Below are positions 1-9,767 of a stretch of DNA of 56,389 bases, one piece after another; the first letter of the stretch is position 1; each line of letters begins with the position of its first letter. A model generated the notes under the pieces. That model ran no database searches. It worked only from the letters and a program-made list of their open reading frames with translations, and was not told the origin of the DNA. The stretch comes from Promethearchaeota archaeon (lineage in GTDB: Archaea; Asgardarchaeota; Lokiarchaeia; Sigyniarchaeales; SOKP01), in contig JBHLLT010000008.1 of assembly GCA_048938855.1 (NCBI GenBank), positions 1 to 56,389 of the forward strand. Reading direction: 5' to 3'. Position numbers and translations under genes: made by a program.

Positions 1-1857
1 ACATTTAGCTTTAAATTTTAAGTTTCCTAAGTTTTCATAAATTTCTAATATTTCATAGTAATAGTCCAATGCTTCGATAAGTTTCCCTTGATCATATTTA
101 ATTAAAGCTATATCACTAAGAGATGAAATTTTACCATTTAGATCTCCCAAATGCTCATAAATCTTTAATGTATTTACACTACATTTCAAAGCTTTAGGAT
201 AGTTTCCTTGAATCTTTAAAATTTTCGCAATATTATTAAGACATATAGCCTTCCCATTAAAATCTCCCAATTGTCTATTAATATTTAATCCACTCAAATA
301 ACACTTAAGAGCTTTAGAATAATCGCCCCTTATTGTAAAAATGTCCCCAATCTTTTTAAGATTAAAAGCCTTCCCGCTTAAATCTTTCAACTTTTCATTA
401 ATTTTTAATGCCTTTTTAAATCGTTTAAACGCTTCAAAAGAGTTTCCTTGTGTTTGATATATATTGGCGATCTTATTAAGACATAAGACTTTCCTTTTCA
501 AATTCCCTAATTTCTCTTCAATAGCTAATGAATCCTCAAAATTTTTTAATGCTTCAAAATATCTTTTTTGAGCTTGTTGAATACTACCTATGATATTGAG
601 AGTGATAGCTTTTATTGATAAAATTTCGCTTTGTGTATTGCTCTCATAAACTTTATTTTTCTCTTTCAGATTTCCTAGATTGTCTTGTTGGTAACGATAA
701 CTTTTTACAATAGCATCTTGCGCAAACGATTTCCAAAATTTTATATCTTCAAATGTAAGAAATTGAAGAACTGAACTAGTACATCTCATTGCATCATTGT
801 ACATACCAAAATTATAATATATCACAGCAGATATTAAAAATCTTACAACCATTTTTGGCGGTTTGAAATTGTTCTCAAGCCATTTCATTGGACTCATTGT
901 AAATTTTTTTGAACTTAGTTTTGGCTTAAATTGTAATAATTCTTTAGCCATGTTTTTAGTGTTTATATCAACAAGGTAAATTTTATTAACAATACCCATT
1001 CTTCGGATCTCTAATAGTTTCTTAACGATTTCTATTACATTTTTATTTAAATTATTTAATGAATGAATTTCGCGCGAGTTAATCTCGTAAATTTTTTCAT
1101 TACCAGTTTGAATTGATTCTGAATGGTTTATCCAAATAACTTCTTGAACATTTCTTAAAATCTTTATTATATTTAGTATATTAGAATCATTACTTTCTGA
1201 ATAACCCATTACAACTAAAGAGCATCCATTTGAGAGGTTGTCGAAAACTTTGCGTTTAAAAGGATCTACATGTAATATATTCTTACTCTCTTTATTTAAT
1301 CCGAGTGCTCTAATAGTTCCCACTATTGAATCTCTCGTATCTTCCCCTGAAATAATATTTCTAGGGCATCCATAGATCTTATATACTGTTTTAAATCCCT
1401 TCTTAAATAATTGAACAGGATTACCAAACACCTCAAAATCATTTTTAGTTATTACAGGGATTATTTTTTCATGAGGAACCTCGGAATTAAGGAGCGCATA
1501 TTCTATTAAAGAATCAAAATTTGTTGTCATTATAAAATTTCCTTTCTTAATTAAATCTGCCAAAAAGAAATGTTGAAGATTAGGTTTTTCATACAATCCA
1601 AAATAGTCAAAAATCTTAAGTTTTTCATCTAAATTTTGAGGAATTATTTCAATTAATTCCTCCAATTTTAGTTGTTCTATGTTTAATATTTTTTCTATTT
1701 CAGATTCTGCACAAAAATATTTAATGATAGCCTCCATCATTACCCGCTTATTTGGAAGGCTTGAGGGCGCATCCATAGAGCAACCTGTACCCACTAGAAA
1801 GGTTAATTTTTCTCTTTTAGATATTAAATTCTTTATTGTGAGGTTTGTATATTTCAT
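1..1857 (-). CDS. SIR2-like domain + TPR repeat protein (runs off the left edge; absent from ORF track)
   Basis: Manual translation from ATG at 1857: MKYTNLTIKNLISKREKLTFLVGTGCSMDAPSSLP...IMTTNFDSLIE...VYKIYG...VVMGYSESND (SIR2_2-like motifs), then TPR-like repeats (e.g. YYEILEIYENLGNLKFKAKC at 60..1, same frame). Confidence 0.85.
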   Translation of the reverse strand, partial: MKYTNLTIKNLISKREKLTFLVGTGCSMDAPSSLPNKRVMMEAIIKYFCAESEIEKILNIEQLKLEELIEIIPQNLDEKLKIFDYFGLYEKPNLQHFFLADLIKKGNFIMTTNFDSLIEYALLNSEVPHEKIIPVITKNDFEVFGNPVQLFKKGFKTVYKIYGCPRNIISGEDTRDSIVGTIRALGLNKESKNILHVDPFKRKVFDNLSNGCSLVVMGYSESNDSNILNIIKILRNVQEVIWINHSESIQTGNEKIYEINSREIHSLNNLNKNVIEIVKKLLEIRRMGIVNKIYLVDINTKNMAKELLQFKPKLSSKKFTMSPMKWLENNFKPPKMVVRFLISAVIYYNFGMYNDAMRCTSSVLQFLTFEDIKFWKSFAQDAIVKSYRYQQDNLGNLKEKNKVYESNTQSEILSIKAITLNIIGSIQQAQKRYFEALKNFEDSLAIEEKLGNLKRKVLCLNKIANIYQTQGNSFEAFKRFKKALKINEKLKDLSGKAFNLKKIGDIFTIRGDYSKALKCYLSGLNINRQLGDFNGKAICLNNIAKILKIQGNYPKALKCSVNTLKIYEHLGDLNGKISSLSDIALIKYDQGKLIEALDYYYEILEIYENLGNLKFKAKC

Positions 1858-2253
1858 TGGTAATTTCTATAAAAATAATCAGCTATTGTAATTTTAAGAT
1901 GCTTTATTATTTCTATATTTCGATAAAAACTAAATTTAATAGTATAATTTTCCATAATATCTTTAACATTTTGGTCTAATAACAAAATCAACTTGACGAG
2001 TTAATGAAAAGCAAGGATCTTAAGAATTAAAATATAATTCTCTGTGTTTATTTGAAACAAAAACCTACCTACAATTTGTTCTAAATTTCTTTAAATATTT
2101 TACTTATGTAATTGGAAAATTTTCTAATTTTAATATACAACAATATAACGAGTGAATTTTAAAAATATTTATAGTTGATTACTATATTTTGCATAATTTA
2201 TTTATTAGGAAATGTAAATTAACTTAATTATTAAAATAATAAATCAAAATAAA

Positions 2254-3261
2254 ATGAAATTGAGCATTGGAAGTATAGAAAGTGGAAACCTAATTGTAAA
2301 AGTGATTACATCAAATAGAACAAGTATGACATTGCCAAACACCAAAAAACTGGAAGGTAAAGTTATCCAACCAGGGCATGATTCTTTTGCGACTATGGCT
2401 GAACATGGGATCTCTATGACTATTAAAGTATTAGAGGAAGATTCAACTCATCTTATCTTATTTGACACAGCAGGTTATATGCGAACTATAATAAATAATC
2501 TAAAACAATTTAAAATAAAAACAAACGAAATTGACAAAGTAATAATAAGTCATGGGCATTTAGATCACTACGGAGCTTTAATTCCATTACTCTCCGCTTT
2601 GAAAAAAGGATGTGAGATATATTTAAGTCCATTGTGTCTTACTAAAGGTTATTATGCCAAAACTAAATCTGGAGTGGAACTCCCTCCCGAAGATTTTGGT
2701 CTTTCATTAAAAAAATTAAAAAATGAAGGTAAAATATCATATTCTAGAAGAACCCCTCTGAATAGAAATATCTTATACAACCGAGCAATTAAATCTAATG
2801 TAAAAATTATTGAAACAAATAAGCCTGAAAAAATGTATGAAGGAATAATTACAAGTGGAGAAATCGAGATTTTTGATGAAACTGAGCTTCCAAAAGGATT
2901 TTATTTAGGACTAAGTAAAACAGAATACAAAAAGAATACTTTTCAAGAAGAAATTGCATTATATATCAATATTAAAGACAAGGGTTTAATTGTTATTACG
3001 GGTTGTAGTCATGCTGGTATTATAAATATAATTAAACATGGTCAAAAGTTATTGGGAATTGATAAAATCTATGCTCTTATTGGTGGATTTCATAAGGAAA
3101 GGGAAAGCAGTAGAGATATTGAAAAGATTGTAAACTTTATAGAAGATCTAAACCCAGAAATAACATGTGGTATGCATTGCACAGGTTTTGAGTTTAACAG
3201 AATTATGCATCGCCATCCTTCTCATGTAATGGGTGTAATAGGAACCGAATTTCATTTATAA
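2254..3261 (+). CDS. MBL-fold metallo-hydrolase (MJ0301-like family)
   Basis: AEHGIS, LFDTA, SHGHLDH (HxHxDH), GCSHAG, GGFH, HCTG motifs. Confidence 0.85.
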   Translation: MKLSIGSIESGNLIVKVITSNRTSMTLPNTKKLEGKVIQPGHDSFATMAEHGISMTIKVLEEDSTHLILFDTAGYMRTIINNLKQFKIKTNEIDKVIISHGHLDHYGALIPLLSALKKGCEIYLSPLCLTKGYYAKTKSGVELPPEDFGLSLKKLKNEGKISYSRRTPLNRNILYNRAIKSNVKIIETNKPEKMYEGIITSGEIEIFDETELPKGFYLGLSKTEYKKNTFQEEIALYINIKDKGLIVITGCSHAGIINIIKHGQKLLGIDKIYALIGGFHKERESSRDIEKIVNFIEDLNPEITCGMHCTGFEFNRIMHRHPSHVMGVIGTEFHL

Positions 3262-3284
3262 AATTTAATTTTTAATTAGAAATC

Positions 3285-4085
3285 ATGAAGAATGTGTTAA
3301 AAGAGATAATCCCAGCCTCAATTAACAGTTATATCGAAAAAAATTTGGATGATTTTTATATAAAATCTTCTGAACATTCAAATTTTTCATTTAATATAGA
3401 TGAAAGAATAAAATGGGTCTTAGCCACGAATGCAGATTGGCCAGATTGTATATATAGAGCAAATTTTGAAAATCTTAATATAAGAAGCGAAATAAAAAGT
3501 GTTCGAAATTTAATTGGGACAGGAAAAGCTCCAAATGGATGGACTGTAGGACCATTAACAAAACCTAAAAACTTGGGTATGAAACTTGAGAATTATGGAT
3601 TTTCTAAAGTTTATCATCAAGCTGGAATGGCAGTTGAATTAAAGGATTTAATAAAGAAAAAATTTATAGAAAACGAATTAATAATTCAAAGAGTAAAGGA
3701 TGAGGAATCTCTCATACAATGGGCTAATGTTGTTTCAGAAGTCTTCAATCTAAAGTTAGATCTTGAGTATCTTAATTTCATGCTTTTACAAAAGGAAGCC
3801 ATATTTTATTTAGGATACTTTAAAGATAAGCCAATATCAACATTGTTATTATATCTCTCTTCAGGAGTTGCAGGAGTTCATGCTGTTTCTACTTTATCTG
3901 AATATAGAAAACGAGGATTTGGGTTTGCTATTAGTCGATTTGCTCTAATTGATGCTTTTAAGATAGGATATTACATTGGAGTGCTTCAGGCATCATCATT
4001 AGGCCAAGCTGTCTATAAAAAATTAGGATTTCAAAAATATTGTGATATTTATTCATATGCAATAATTGAGGATACAGATCTATAA
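3285..4085 (+). CDS. GNAT family N-acetyltransferase
   Basis: C-terminal VSTLSEYRKRGFG acetyl-CoA motif, LQASSLG..VYKKLGF. Confidence 0.85.
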   Translation: MKNVLKEIIPASINSYIEKNLDDFYIKSSEHSNFSFNIDERIKWVLATNADWPDCIYRANFENLNIRSEIKSVRNLIGTGKAPNGWTVGPLTKPKNLGMKLENYGFSKVYHQAGMAVELKDLIKKKFIENELIIQRVKDEESLIQWANVVSEVFNLKLDLEYLNFMLLQKEAIFYLGYFKDKPISTLLLYLSSGVAGVHAVSTLSEYRKRGFGFAISRFALIDAFKIGYYIGVLQASSLGQAVYKKLGFQKYCDIYSYAIIEDTDL

Positions 4086-4904
4086 ATATAAACTTTTAAT
4101 CTCGGTTTCTGTTAATTCGATATCTGCTGCTGTAGCATTTTCTTCAACATGTTTTAATTGTAATGCCTTTGGAATTGTAATAACATTCTTGTGATTGATA
4201 AGCCATGCAATAGCAATCTGTTGAATATTTGCATTATGCGTTTCAGCTAATTTATCTAATTTTTGTCGTATTTCTCCCCTCAAATCAGAATACCCCCTAT
4301 GGCTTAAAGGACTATAAGCTGTTAAAATAACTCCTTCTTTTTGATAATAAGGTAATGAGTTATGAATGTATTTTTGGTTCAGAATATTCGTATGTAGTTG
4401 ATTTGTAATTAATTCAGTTTTTTTGAGATTTTCTTGCCCAATTTTAAATTGTTCAACAGAATAATTACTCACACCAATATATCTTATTTTTCCTTCACTA
4501 TAAAGTTGTTCCATAACCTTCATATGCTTTTTGATCTTAGAAAATAAAAAAGAAGGAAAATGTACTAAATATAAATCCAGATATTTTATATCTAACCTTT
4601 TTAAGCTATTTTTACATGCTTTTAGCATTGATTTGTATCCAAAATGCCTAGGAAAAATTTTACTAGTAATAAATAGATCATCACGGTCAAATTCCTTTAT
4701 TACTTCACCAATAACCTTCTCTGAAGCTCCAAATCCGTAAAATTCTGCCGTATCAATATGGGTCATTCCCAATTCTATTCCTTTTCTTAAGGAATCCTTC
4801 CATTTTTCATAATACTTCTTGTTTCTTCCTTTCTTAATCCCCCAAGTTCCTTGTCCTAGAATAGGTATAGTTTCTCCTGTTTTCCCAATTTTAATCTTTC
4901 TCAT
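4080..4904 (-). CDS. Aldo/keto reductase
   Basis: LGQGTWG, IDTAEFYG, ITSK, DLYLVHFP, IGVSN, AYSPL, IPKA. Confidence 0.93.
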   Translation of the reverse strand: MRKIKIGKTGETIPILGQGTWGIKKGRNKKYYEKWKDSLRKGIELGMTHIDTAEFYGFGASEKVIGEVIKEFDRDDLFITSKIFPRHFGYKSMLKACKNSLKRLDIKYLDLYLVHFPSFLFSKIKKHMKVMEQLYSEGKIRYIGVSNYSVEQFKIGQENLKKTELITNQLHTNILNQKYIHNSLPYYQKEGVILTAYSPLSHRGYSDLRGEIRQKLDKLAETHNANIQQIAIAWLINHKNVITIPKALQLKHVEENATAADIELTETEIKSLYL

Positions 4905-5055
4905 TTTCTTAGAAAATGACTAATTAAATTTAATCCATATTATTTTAATTTATTAATAAATCGCAGTTTTTTAGATAAAAGGACTTCAAAACTTAAACTA
5001 TACAAAACTTTAATAGCAAAAGTGTTAATATCAATTAATATCAAACAATAGTTCG

Positions 5056-5772
5056 ATGATTATGGTAAAAGGAATAGAATATGAATTTGAAGTGAGACAA
5101 AAACCTACTTTTTCTTATATAGAAGTGGCTATGAAAAAAGGCCAAGAAATCCAATGTGAAGGGGGGACAATGATATTTTTTGATCCTACTTTGGAGATTT
5201 CCACAAAAAAAGCATCAAAAGGATTCTTAAAATCTCTTAAAAGAGTTCTTGCAGGTGAAACTTTTTTTATGAATACTTTCAAGGCTTTAGATGATGGTAG
5301 TTTAGGATTAGCTCCCGCTTTCCCTGGAGATTTAATGCACATTCCCCTAAATAAAAATGATAGTTGGATTCTGTTTAGTGGTTGTTTTGTGGCAAGTTCA
5401 ACACATTTTGAAACTGATACTAATTTTCTGGGGTTGAAAAGGTCATTTTTTGGTGGAGAAAGGGCATTTTATTTACAAATAGATGCATTAAATGGCCCTG
5501 GTGACTTGTTCGTTGGAGCAATGGGAGCTTTTCTTGAAATTGAATTAACTACTGGTGATGTATTTAATTGTGATAATGGCCATTTAGTAGCGATGGAATC
5601 GAGCGTATCATTCGATATCAAAAGAGTAGGAGGATTGAAGTCGACATTCCTCTCTGGAGAGGGAGTAGTTGTACAACTAACTGGTCCAGGAAAACTAATA
5701 ATGCAATCTAGAAATCCCCGAGAGTTTGCATTATGGTTGTATAATTTCATGCCAAGACAAAGATCCACTTAG
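5056..5772 (+). CDS. AIM24 / TIGR00266 family protein
   Basis: LKRVLAGETFFMNTF, APAFPGD, FFGGE, DNGHLVA, SGEG..GPG....QSR. Confidence 0.88.
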   Translation: MIMVKGIEYEFEVRQKPTFSYIEVAMKKGQEIQCEGGTMIFFDPTLEISTKKASKGFLKSLKRVLAGETFFMNTFKALDDGSLGLAPAFPGDLMHIPLNKNDSWILFSGCFVASSTHFETDTNFLGLKRSFFGGERAFYLQIDALNGPGDLFVGAMGAFLEIELTTGDVFNCDNGHLVAMESSVSFDIKRVGGLKSTFLSGEGVVVQLTGPGKLIMQSRNPREFALWLYNFMPRQRST

Positions 5773-5798
5773 ATTCCTTAATCATTAAAAATTTCACC

Positions 5799-5807
5799 TT
5801 TTTTTTT
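5799..5807 (+). terminator. Oligo-T tract, probable archaeal intrinsic terminator of the AIM24 gene
   Basis: T9 run about 26 nt after the stop codon at 5772. Confidence 0.4.
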
Positions 5808-5871
5808 ATAACACCAATGAGATGGGAATTTAAATTATTAAGATTTTGAAGTCGAAAGATAGTTCAGAGAC

Positions 5872-5884
5872 AAAAATTTATAAA
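5872..5884 (+). promoter_or_regulatory. BRE/TATA box of the RNase P RNA gene
   Basis: AAAAA-TTTATAAA ending about 23 nt upstream of the P1 5' strand at 5907. Confidence 0.65.
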
Positions 5885-5906
5885 TTTACTCTACCTTTTA
5901 TTAAAA

Positions 5907-6239
5907 GAGACGAGTGAGATTTGGAGCTGACGGTGGGTTAAACCCGCTGAGGAACTTCACCCCTCAACTCCAAGCAAGGATGTAGATAACTACTACGGTG
6001 AGAACCGTAATTTAGCAACTGAAACGACACTGCCTTTCTGCACATATTAATGACTTGGATATAAGCCAGAGAAATTGTAGGAAGGAATGGTTGGAACGAG
6101 CTAAATCCTTGGAGCAAGGCCAAATGAAAGCGATAATGTACTTGGAGCTAGCTTTAGGTAGGCCGCTTAGTTTGATGCTCCAACTGATACCTGGTGACGG
6201 GATCAGTACAGAAGGGTGAGTATAAATCTCAAGCGTCTC
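5907..6239 (+). ncRNA. rnpB: Archaeal RNase P RNA (type A-like)
   Basis: GC-richer island. P1 GAGACGagUGAGAUU/AAUCUCAagCGUCUC; P2 UUGGAGC/GCUCCAA; P4 GAGGAACUUCACCC/ACAGAAGGGUGAGU with bulged U; conserved GCAACUGAAAC, UGGAACG, GAGCAAGGCCAAAU, GGUAGGCCGCUUAG; P7, P8, P9 (GAGA loop), P12 and P19 can all be folded. Confidence 0.95.
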
Positions 6240-6244
6240 ATTAA

Positions 6245-7111
6245 TTATTCTCTTGGAAATCCGCATTTAGAACAGGTCCAACCTGCGGGTAAGTCAATTT
6301 CTTCTTCATTTCCACATTCTAAACAAACCCAATGTGCCTTTTGGCTAGAAGTACTTTCAATTTCATAATCTTTGGATTTTAAAATTTTCCGTTTAAAATA
6401 AGCTTTGGAACGACCACAGGAACCACATCTCCAATCCTCAGGTAATTCCTCTAAAGGAACCTCATATCCACATTCCATACATACCCAACCAGAAACTTCT
6501 TTTTGTTTTATCAATTTTTCATCTGTTATTAATTGCATAGTTTTTCTTTGAAAATAAGACTTAAAATGCCCACATGATGGGCAGCTGAAATCATTGGGTA
6601 ATTCATTCATTCCAACTTCATACCCACATGCTAAACACTTCCAAAAAGTAATGCTTCTTTGTTTAGAATAGGAATGACTATTGAACAAATTAAGGAACAT
6701 TTTCAATCTTTGAGATGAATTTCTTTCAGTTTGAGTAACTTCTTTAAATCTGTTAGCAATATCCATATGTCCTTCTATTTTAGCTGCGCTTTCAAAATCG
6801 GGATATAATTTTTGCCATAATTCATCGCTCTCATTTATACAAGCTTCTAAGTTTTCGATTGTTGTTCCAAAAGTAGTTGGTGTCTTAATTTCTACGACTA
6901 AATTTTCACTAACTTCATTAAATTTCAACTTTCTTAGAATTTTATAAAACGAGATAGCGCGTTCTTTTTTTTGAGTAGACAATTCTTTGAAAGTCTTGTA
7001 TAATAAAAGAAAGTTTTCTTTTCTTGCGATATCGGTATAAATTTCATATCTAGTACTAATTTGTGATTCTTTTACAAACCCTACCATCAAATTTCTTGCT
7101 GTGTTTCCCAC
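6245..7111 (-). CDS. Rubrerythrin-like ferritin-fold protein with three C-terminal rubredoxin-like CxxC..CxxC domains; di-iron ligands degenerate
   Basis: T..NL...F..ESQ...RY......A.KE, GTTIENL, LYP.F...A..EG; then WKCLACG..CPSCG, WVCMECG..CGSCG, WVCLECG..CSKCG. Confidence 0.8.
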   Translation of the reverse strand: MGNTARNLMVGFVKESQISTRYEIYTDIARKENFLLLYKTFKELSTQKKERAISFYKILRKLKFNEVSENLVVEIKTPTTFGTTIENLEACINESDELWQKLYPDFESAAKIEGHMDIANRFKEVTQTERNSSQRLKMFLNLFNSHSYSKQRSITFWKCLACGYEVGMNELPNDFSCPSCGHFKSYFQRKTMQLITDEKLIKQKEVSGWVCMECGYEVPLEELPEDWRCGSCGRSKAYFKRKILKSKDYEIESTSSQKAHWVCLECGNEEEIDLPAGWTCSKCGFPRE

Positions 7112-7182
7112 TTCTTTAACCTTTAATATTTTAATTATAAAAGAATAATGAAAAATAAAAAAATATGTAATTATGTTTTGTA

Positions 7183-7947
7183 TTAACTAAATTTTTTTAG
7201 TATATTGCCAATATCTGATGGCATAAAGATAACAATCTTCTGACTTGGTTCATGTGAAATATCTTGAATTGTTTGTAAGGATCTGAGCTGTATAGCTGCT
7301 GGATTTTGAGCCAGAAGCTCAGCTGCTTTCGCAATATTTTTTGCTGCTTCATATTCACCTTCTGAAGCTATAATTGTAGCTCTTTTCTCACGTTCTTTTT
7401 CTGCTTGTACTGCCATTGCTCTTTTCATATTCTCTGGTAATTCTATTTGCTGTATCTTAATTTGGGTAATTTGTATACCCCATTCTCTAGTTTCTTCATC
7501 AACTACATTACGTATTTCCTGAGAGATCCTTTCTCTTTGAGTTAATACTTCATCTAATTCCATTGCACCAATGACATCTCTTAATGCTCCTTGTGTATAA
7601 TTAAAAACAGCTCTCATATAGTTTTCAATTTTAGTGGTAGCATATTCAGGGTTCACAACTTTATAGAATACACTCGTATCCACAGTTACAGGAATATTAT
7701 CTTTAGATATTATATCTTGTTTGGCAATATCCAGAGTTTTAATTCTTATATCAACAACTAAGGATTTTTCTATAAGTGGTAGAACATATATAATCCCTGG
7801 ACCGATAGTTCTTTTATATCTTCCAAATCGAAAAATTATAAGTCGATTGTATTCTGTTGCTGTTTTAAAGCCTGTTAATAGCCAAATTGTAAGAATGACT
7901 AAGAAAACAGCGATTAATATACCTAAAATGAAAAAAATATCTGAAAT
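7183..7947 (-). CDS. SPFH/band 7 (stomatin-like) membrane protein; N-terminus extends beyond the ORF-track start
   Basis: Frame stays open upstream of 7683 to TAA at 7963-7965, adding a TM helix (DIFFILGILIAVFLVILTIWLL) and EYNRLIIFRFGRYKRTIGPG...VDIRIKTLDIAKQDIISKDN; downstream LRDVIGAMELDEVL, AMAVQAEKEREKRA. Start codon uncertain (ATT 7947 assumed). Confidence 0.88.
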   Translation of the reverse strand: MSDIFFILGILIAVFLVILTIWLLTGFKTATEYNRLIIFRFGRYKRTIGPGIIYVLPLIEKSLVVDIRIKTLDIAKQDIISKDNIPVTVDTSVFYKVVNPEYATTKIENYMRAVFNYTQGALRDVIGAMELDEVLTQRERISQEIRNVVDEETREWGIQITQIKIQQIELPENMKRAMAVQAEKEREKRATIIASEGEYEAAKNIAKAAELLAQNPAAIQLRSLQTIQDISHEPSQKIVIFMPSDIGNILKKFS

Positions 7948-8095
7948 TTGTATCCCTCCATTTTATTTTAAGAATTTTTTATATTTTTTTTTGTAAATTG
8001 GATTATTATTACTTTATAAAAAAGTAAGATATAAAAAAATTCCTCCGGAAAAAGTCGTATAAATATTCATTTGACATATTTTTCCAAAGCAAACA

Positions 8096-9382
8096 TTACC
8101 AATACAGATACTTATTAAACTCCCATTCCTTCTCTTTGTTGTTTGCTTTAGCAATTTCGAACTGTTGTAGTTCGCTGTACTTTAAATCTAAATAACGCTT
8201 CATAAGTTCCTTTCCTAAAGTTTTCTTGATAAAATTGCTTTTTTCAAATGCCTGGATAGAATCTTCTAGACTTCCAGGGAGCTTATTTATTGCCAATTTT
8301 TTCCGTTCTTCATCATCTAATAAATCAATATTTTTGGGAGTAGGATTATTGGGTTCAATTTTATTTTTTATTCCATCCAGACCAGCAGCTAATAACACAG
8401 CACTTCCGAGATAGATATTCATCATCCCATCGCCTGCTCTATACTCAATTCGAGCTGAATTTTCATAACCAGGTACACGCATTAATGCGGTTCTATTTCC
8501 AATGCCCCATGACACATATACTGGCGCTTCATGATGTGGTGTTAGCCGTTTATAAGAATTTGTTGTTGGGTTTAAAACTGCTGAGATTGCATTTATATGG
8601 TGTTGGATTCCTCCTATATAATATCTAAGAATATCACTTATGCCCTTTTCCTTATCAGAAAAAGCATTTTCTCCATTTTTAGTAAGATATTGATGTATAT
8701 GCAATCCATTTCCCGCTAAATTCTCAAAAGGTTTTGGGATATAAGTACTGATTAAATCTTTATTAAAAGCTCTAACTTTGGTGATTAACTTTCCTGTCTG
8801 TACATTATCCGCTTGTTTCAGTGCATTTTTAGCTACAAATTCAACTTCTTGTTGTCCTAACCCTACCTCATGATGTATAATTTTAACGTCAATGTCCATA
8901 GTTATCATATCATCTGTAATCTGACGACGTAAATTCTGAAATTTATCCATAGGGAGCATATCCATATATGTACCATTATCTCCAGGTTTCAGATCTTTAG
9001 TAATAAAATACCATTCTAATTCGGGTCTAGTTCTGTATTCATACCCTAATGAGTTAGCTTTAGTAATTATTTTCTTCAATAATCCACGAGGACATGAAGG
9101 ATAAGGTGTCCCTTCATTATCAGTAAGATCGCATATAAAGCGTCCTACTCGTGGATTCCAAGGAAGGGCATTAAACGTATTAAAATCTGGTATGATTTGC
9201 ATATCACTCTGTTCAGTTGAGAGAAAACCTAAACTTGATCCATCTATTCCGGTTCCATTTTTTAGCTCGTCCCAAATTTTAATCGGAAACTCAACTGCTT
9301 TAAATTCACCTAGGATTGTAGTGAATTGAAATTGGATATAATCGATTCCTTTTTCCTTAAAAATATTATTAAATTCTGTCAT
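8096..9382 (-). CDS. glnA: Glutamine synthetase type I
   Basis: DGSS, PELEW, HHEV, QQE, PKP..GNGLHIH, NSYKRL, EAP, NRTALMRVP, RIEYR intact. Confidence 0.9.
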   Translation of the reverse strand: MTEFNNIFKEKGIDYIQFQFTTILGEFKAVEFPIKIWDELKNGTGIDGSSLGFLSTEQSDMQIIPDFNTFNALPWNPRVGRFICDLTDNEGTPYPSCPRGLLKKIITKANSLGYEYRTRPELEWYFITKDLKPGDNGTYMDMLPMDKFQNLRRQITDDMITMDIDVKIIHHEVGLGQQEVEFVAKNALKQADNVQTGKLITKVRAFNKDLISTYIPKPFENLAGNGLHIHQYLTKNGENAFSDKEKGISDILRYYIGGIQHHINAISAVLNPTTNSYKRLTPHHEAPVYVSWGIGNRTALMRVPGYENSARIEYRAGDGMMNIYLGSAVLLAAGLDGIKNKIEPNNPTPKNIDLLDDEERKKLAINKLPGSLEDSIQAFEKSNFIKKTLGKELMKRYLDLKYSELQQFEIAKANNKEKEWEFNKYLYW

Positions 9383-9402
9383 TTCTTTACCTTATAAATC
9401 TC

Positions 9403-9609
9403 TTATTTTTTTAATACTAATTCGGCGAAATACTCAAAATCTCTATTATACGATCTTTCAGCATCTTCTGAAATTCTAGCAAAAGCACATCCAGGTAGTT
9501 GATGCATTGAAAGATGATACTGAATGCATTCACAACATTTCCCTCTTCGATGACAATCATAGGTGCATTTACAATCTTTCTTTAACTCTATTTGATTACA
9601 CTCAATCAT
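9403..9609 (-). CDS. Small Cys-rich protein (DUF6485-like)
   Basis: CKCTYDCHRRGKCCECIQYH....QLPGC.F....E..Y.R pattern. Confidence 0.75.
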   Translation of the reverse strand: MIECNQIELKKDCKCTYDCHRRGKCCECIQYHLSMHQLPGCAFARISEDAERSYNRDFEYFAELVLKK

Positions 9610-9767
9610 AATTCCAAAAAATGTTTAATAGCTCTTTTATACGCTAAATAATCAAAATTATTCATAGCATTTAAAATTGAAATAAAAAAGATGAAAATAT
9701 TTCAATACATTATCTTAAATTTAAGAGAGACTCTAAAATATAAAAAAAAAATATTTGAAAAAATTCT

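Noticed and set aside
1679-1891. 70-aa + strand ORF
   Set aside because: Antisense to the SIR2-TPR gene start
5938-6266. ORF-track ORFs 5938-6123 and 6012-6266 (-)
   Set aside because: Antisense shadows of the RNase P RNA
7721-7996. 91-aa + strand ORF
   Set aside because: Antisense to the true N-terminal part of the SPFH gene
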